Shown here: piece by piece, positions 62,198 to 64,000 of the stretch | Layout of the letters: each line of letters starts with the position of its first letter | Numbering within the stretch: the stretch's first letter is position 1 | Assembly: GCF_902713615.1 (NCBI RefSeq) | Contig: NC_052169.1 | Span: 6,412,285 to 6,476,284 of the forward strand | DNA length: 64,000 nucleotides | Reading direction: 5' to 3' | Source: Scyliorhinus canicula | Lineage: Eukaryota | Translations under genes and position numbers: made by a program | The notes under the pieces: generated by a model | The model's input: only the letters and a program-made list of their open reading frames with translations | What the model was told of the DNA's origin: nothing | Databases searched by the model: none

Positions 62198-64000
62198 TTT
62201 GGGCAGGTAGGAATCCCAGACTCTGCACCATTCTACTCCAAAGGGACAGACAGACAGGGGGCTTGGCCCTCCCAAATTTATTGTTTTATTACTGTTTTAT
62301 TGGGCTGCTAACATTCCAAAACTTTTATTGTGGATCAATGACCTTGATTCTATTTGGGCCAAATGGAGGCTCGCTCTTGTACTACCTCCACTCTCCTCGC
62401 CATAGTTACTGCACCACTGCCCTTTTCTCCCACTGGATTTTCCTAAAACCCAGTTGTGGTCTCCTCTCTTAGGATTTGGAAACAGTTTTGACAACATTTT
62501 AAGCTCCTTTCCCTGTCTTCATTGGCCCCTATTAGTGAAAATCACCTTTTCTTACCTTCTGGATTGGACCCAACATTTAAATCTTGGGAAGCGAAGGAAC
62601 CTGAGCACTTTGGTATGGAGGGGAGGCTTGCCAGTTTTAGAGAGCTGGCGACAAATTTCAGCTCCCAATTCTAGCCTTTTCGTTATTTTCGGGTTTGTGG
62701 CTTCTCTCGGTTTTCCCTTCCTTTCCTTTGGCTCCACCTTCCTCATTATTGGAGAGGATTTTATCCTTGGCTCGGCCTGGCAAGGGATCTATTTCGGACC
62801 TACGTGGCCCTAGTCTTTCGTCAGATCCTTCCCCACTAAACGGGCTGAGGGAAAGCTGGGAAAGTGAGCTAGGTCCTATATTTACTTCTGAGGCTTGGAG
62901 GGAGGCCCTTTACAGGGTCAACTCCACGTCCTCATGTGCCCGGTTGAGCCTAATTCAGTTCAAGGTGTTACACAGGGTGCACTTGACCAAGGCAAGGATG
63001 AGTGGTTTTTTCCCAAACGTTGAGGACAGATGTGATCGTTGTTCACTTGCGTCAGCTAACCATACGCATATGTTTTAGCCCTGCCCCAAACTCGTCAGCT
63101 TCTGAGCTTCCTTTTTTAGCACTACGTTAGAGATAATCCAGGTGGATTTAAACCAATGTCCATAAAATTTGGGGTTTTGAACTCACCGGAGTTTCACTCT
63201 GGGGTAGAGGTGGACGTTGTTCCCTTTGCCTCACTGACAGCCTGGAGGGGAATATTGCTCGGTTGGAGGTCTCCCATTCTGCCCAGTGTCTCTGCCTGGT
63301 TGGGCGACTTAATGTCATTCCTACACTTAGAGAAAATCAAATTAACCATTAGGGAGTTGGTGGAAAGGTTCAACCTGAGATGGCAGCCATTTGTTTCCTT
63401 TTTTAAGGATCTAGATACTGTCAGCTGTTAATGAGTTTAGTTATAGTGTTTAAGTTAATTATGTGTGCTTGTTTTATATTTGTTTGTAATTTCTAGCACA
63501 ATTGCACTCCCGTTGGCAGTTTGTTATTTTGTTATTATGTAAAACTGCAATAAACATATTTTAAAAAAGAACATGACCTGGGCAATACAGAAGATTGGGC
63601 ACTAGATCCACAGTGACAGAAATTAATCAATAATGAGATAGTAGAAGGAAGGAGTTGAGGTGGGGTGAATGATTGGGAAATGAAAGACTGGCGAAGCAGA
63701 GGGAGGATATTAAAGTGGCTAAATTCAGGTTCAGTTTCAGAGGAGGAGAAACCTGACAGAAGAAACAAGTAAGGGAGAAACAGAAAATCAGAGGGAAAGT
63801 ATTTCTTATGAATGATGGGGAGGTAAGCCAAAAGTAAAATGTTTAATACTTGCGATAATGTTGAAACTTTGGATGCCTCCCCACCTCTTGTCAAACATGT
63901 TGTGCATGGACTAAAGAATCATTGGGAATTCTGAACCACGTGAACAAGGATGTGGTCATTAACCAGGGCTCTGATGAGCTAGTAATTACTAGGCCTGTAT

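Larger units (their letters stand above)
57997..63566 (+). mobile_element. Old degenerate full-length L1 with nested insertions
   Basis: 12-bp TSD aagaacatgacc (57985-57996, 63567-63578); ORF1 remnants (ELDRAH..PRALIV), EN (NVR.LNGP), RT ([19 protein letters not shown]), SSCARLSLIQFKVLHR; aataaa tail. Confidence 0.88.

Overview
Vertebrate genomic DNA, very probably a cartilaginous fish. This is inferred from the dense HE1/V-SINEs, SacSINE1/Deu-SINEs and CR1, L1, Tx1 and Rex1 LINEs; the species cannot be proven from the sequence alone. The only complete host gene is reticulocalbin-2 (RCN2) on the minus strand. It has 7 coding exons (45567 to 24941, 960 nt, 319 aa, EF-hands, C-terminal HDEL) and a probable non-coding first exon in a CpG island near 48.3 kb. 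A second CpG-island promoter at about 51.3-51.9 kb points the opposite way and may be the start of SCAPER, judged from human synteny. Most of the rest is transposable elements: a nearly intact 6.1-kb L1 in RCN2 intron 3 (15-bp TSD, triplicated 5' monomer, one ORF2 frameshift), an older nested full-length L1, truncated L1/Tx1/Rex1/CR1 copies, solo LTRs, hAT MITEs, a foldback-type Mutator-like element and dozens of SINEs. The most unusual signals are two dispersed copies of a U2 snRNA-derived element with a shared replaced core (one with a 12-bp TSD), a decayed 28S rRNA fragment, and a regenerated 5' splice site at the RCN2 exon 2/3 junction. Repeat boundaries without TSDs are approximate.
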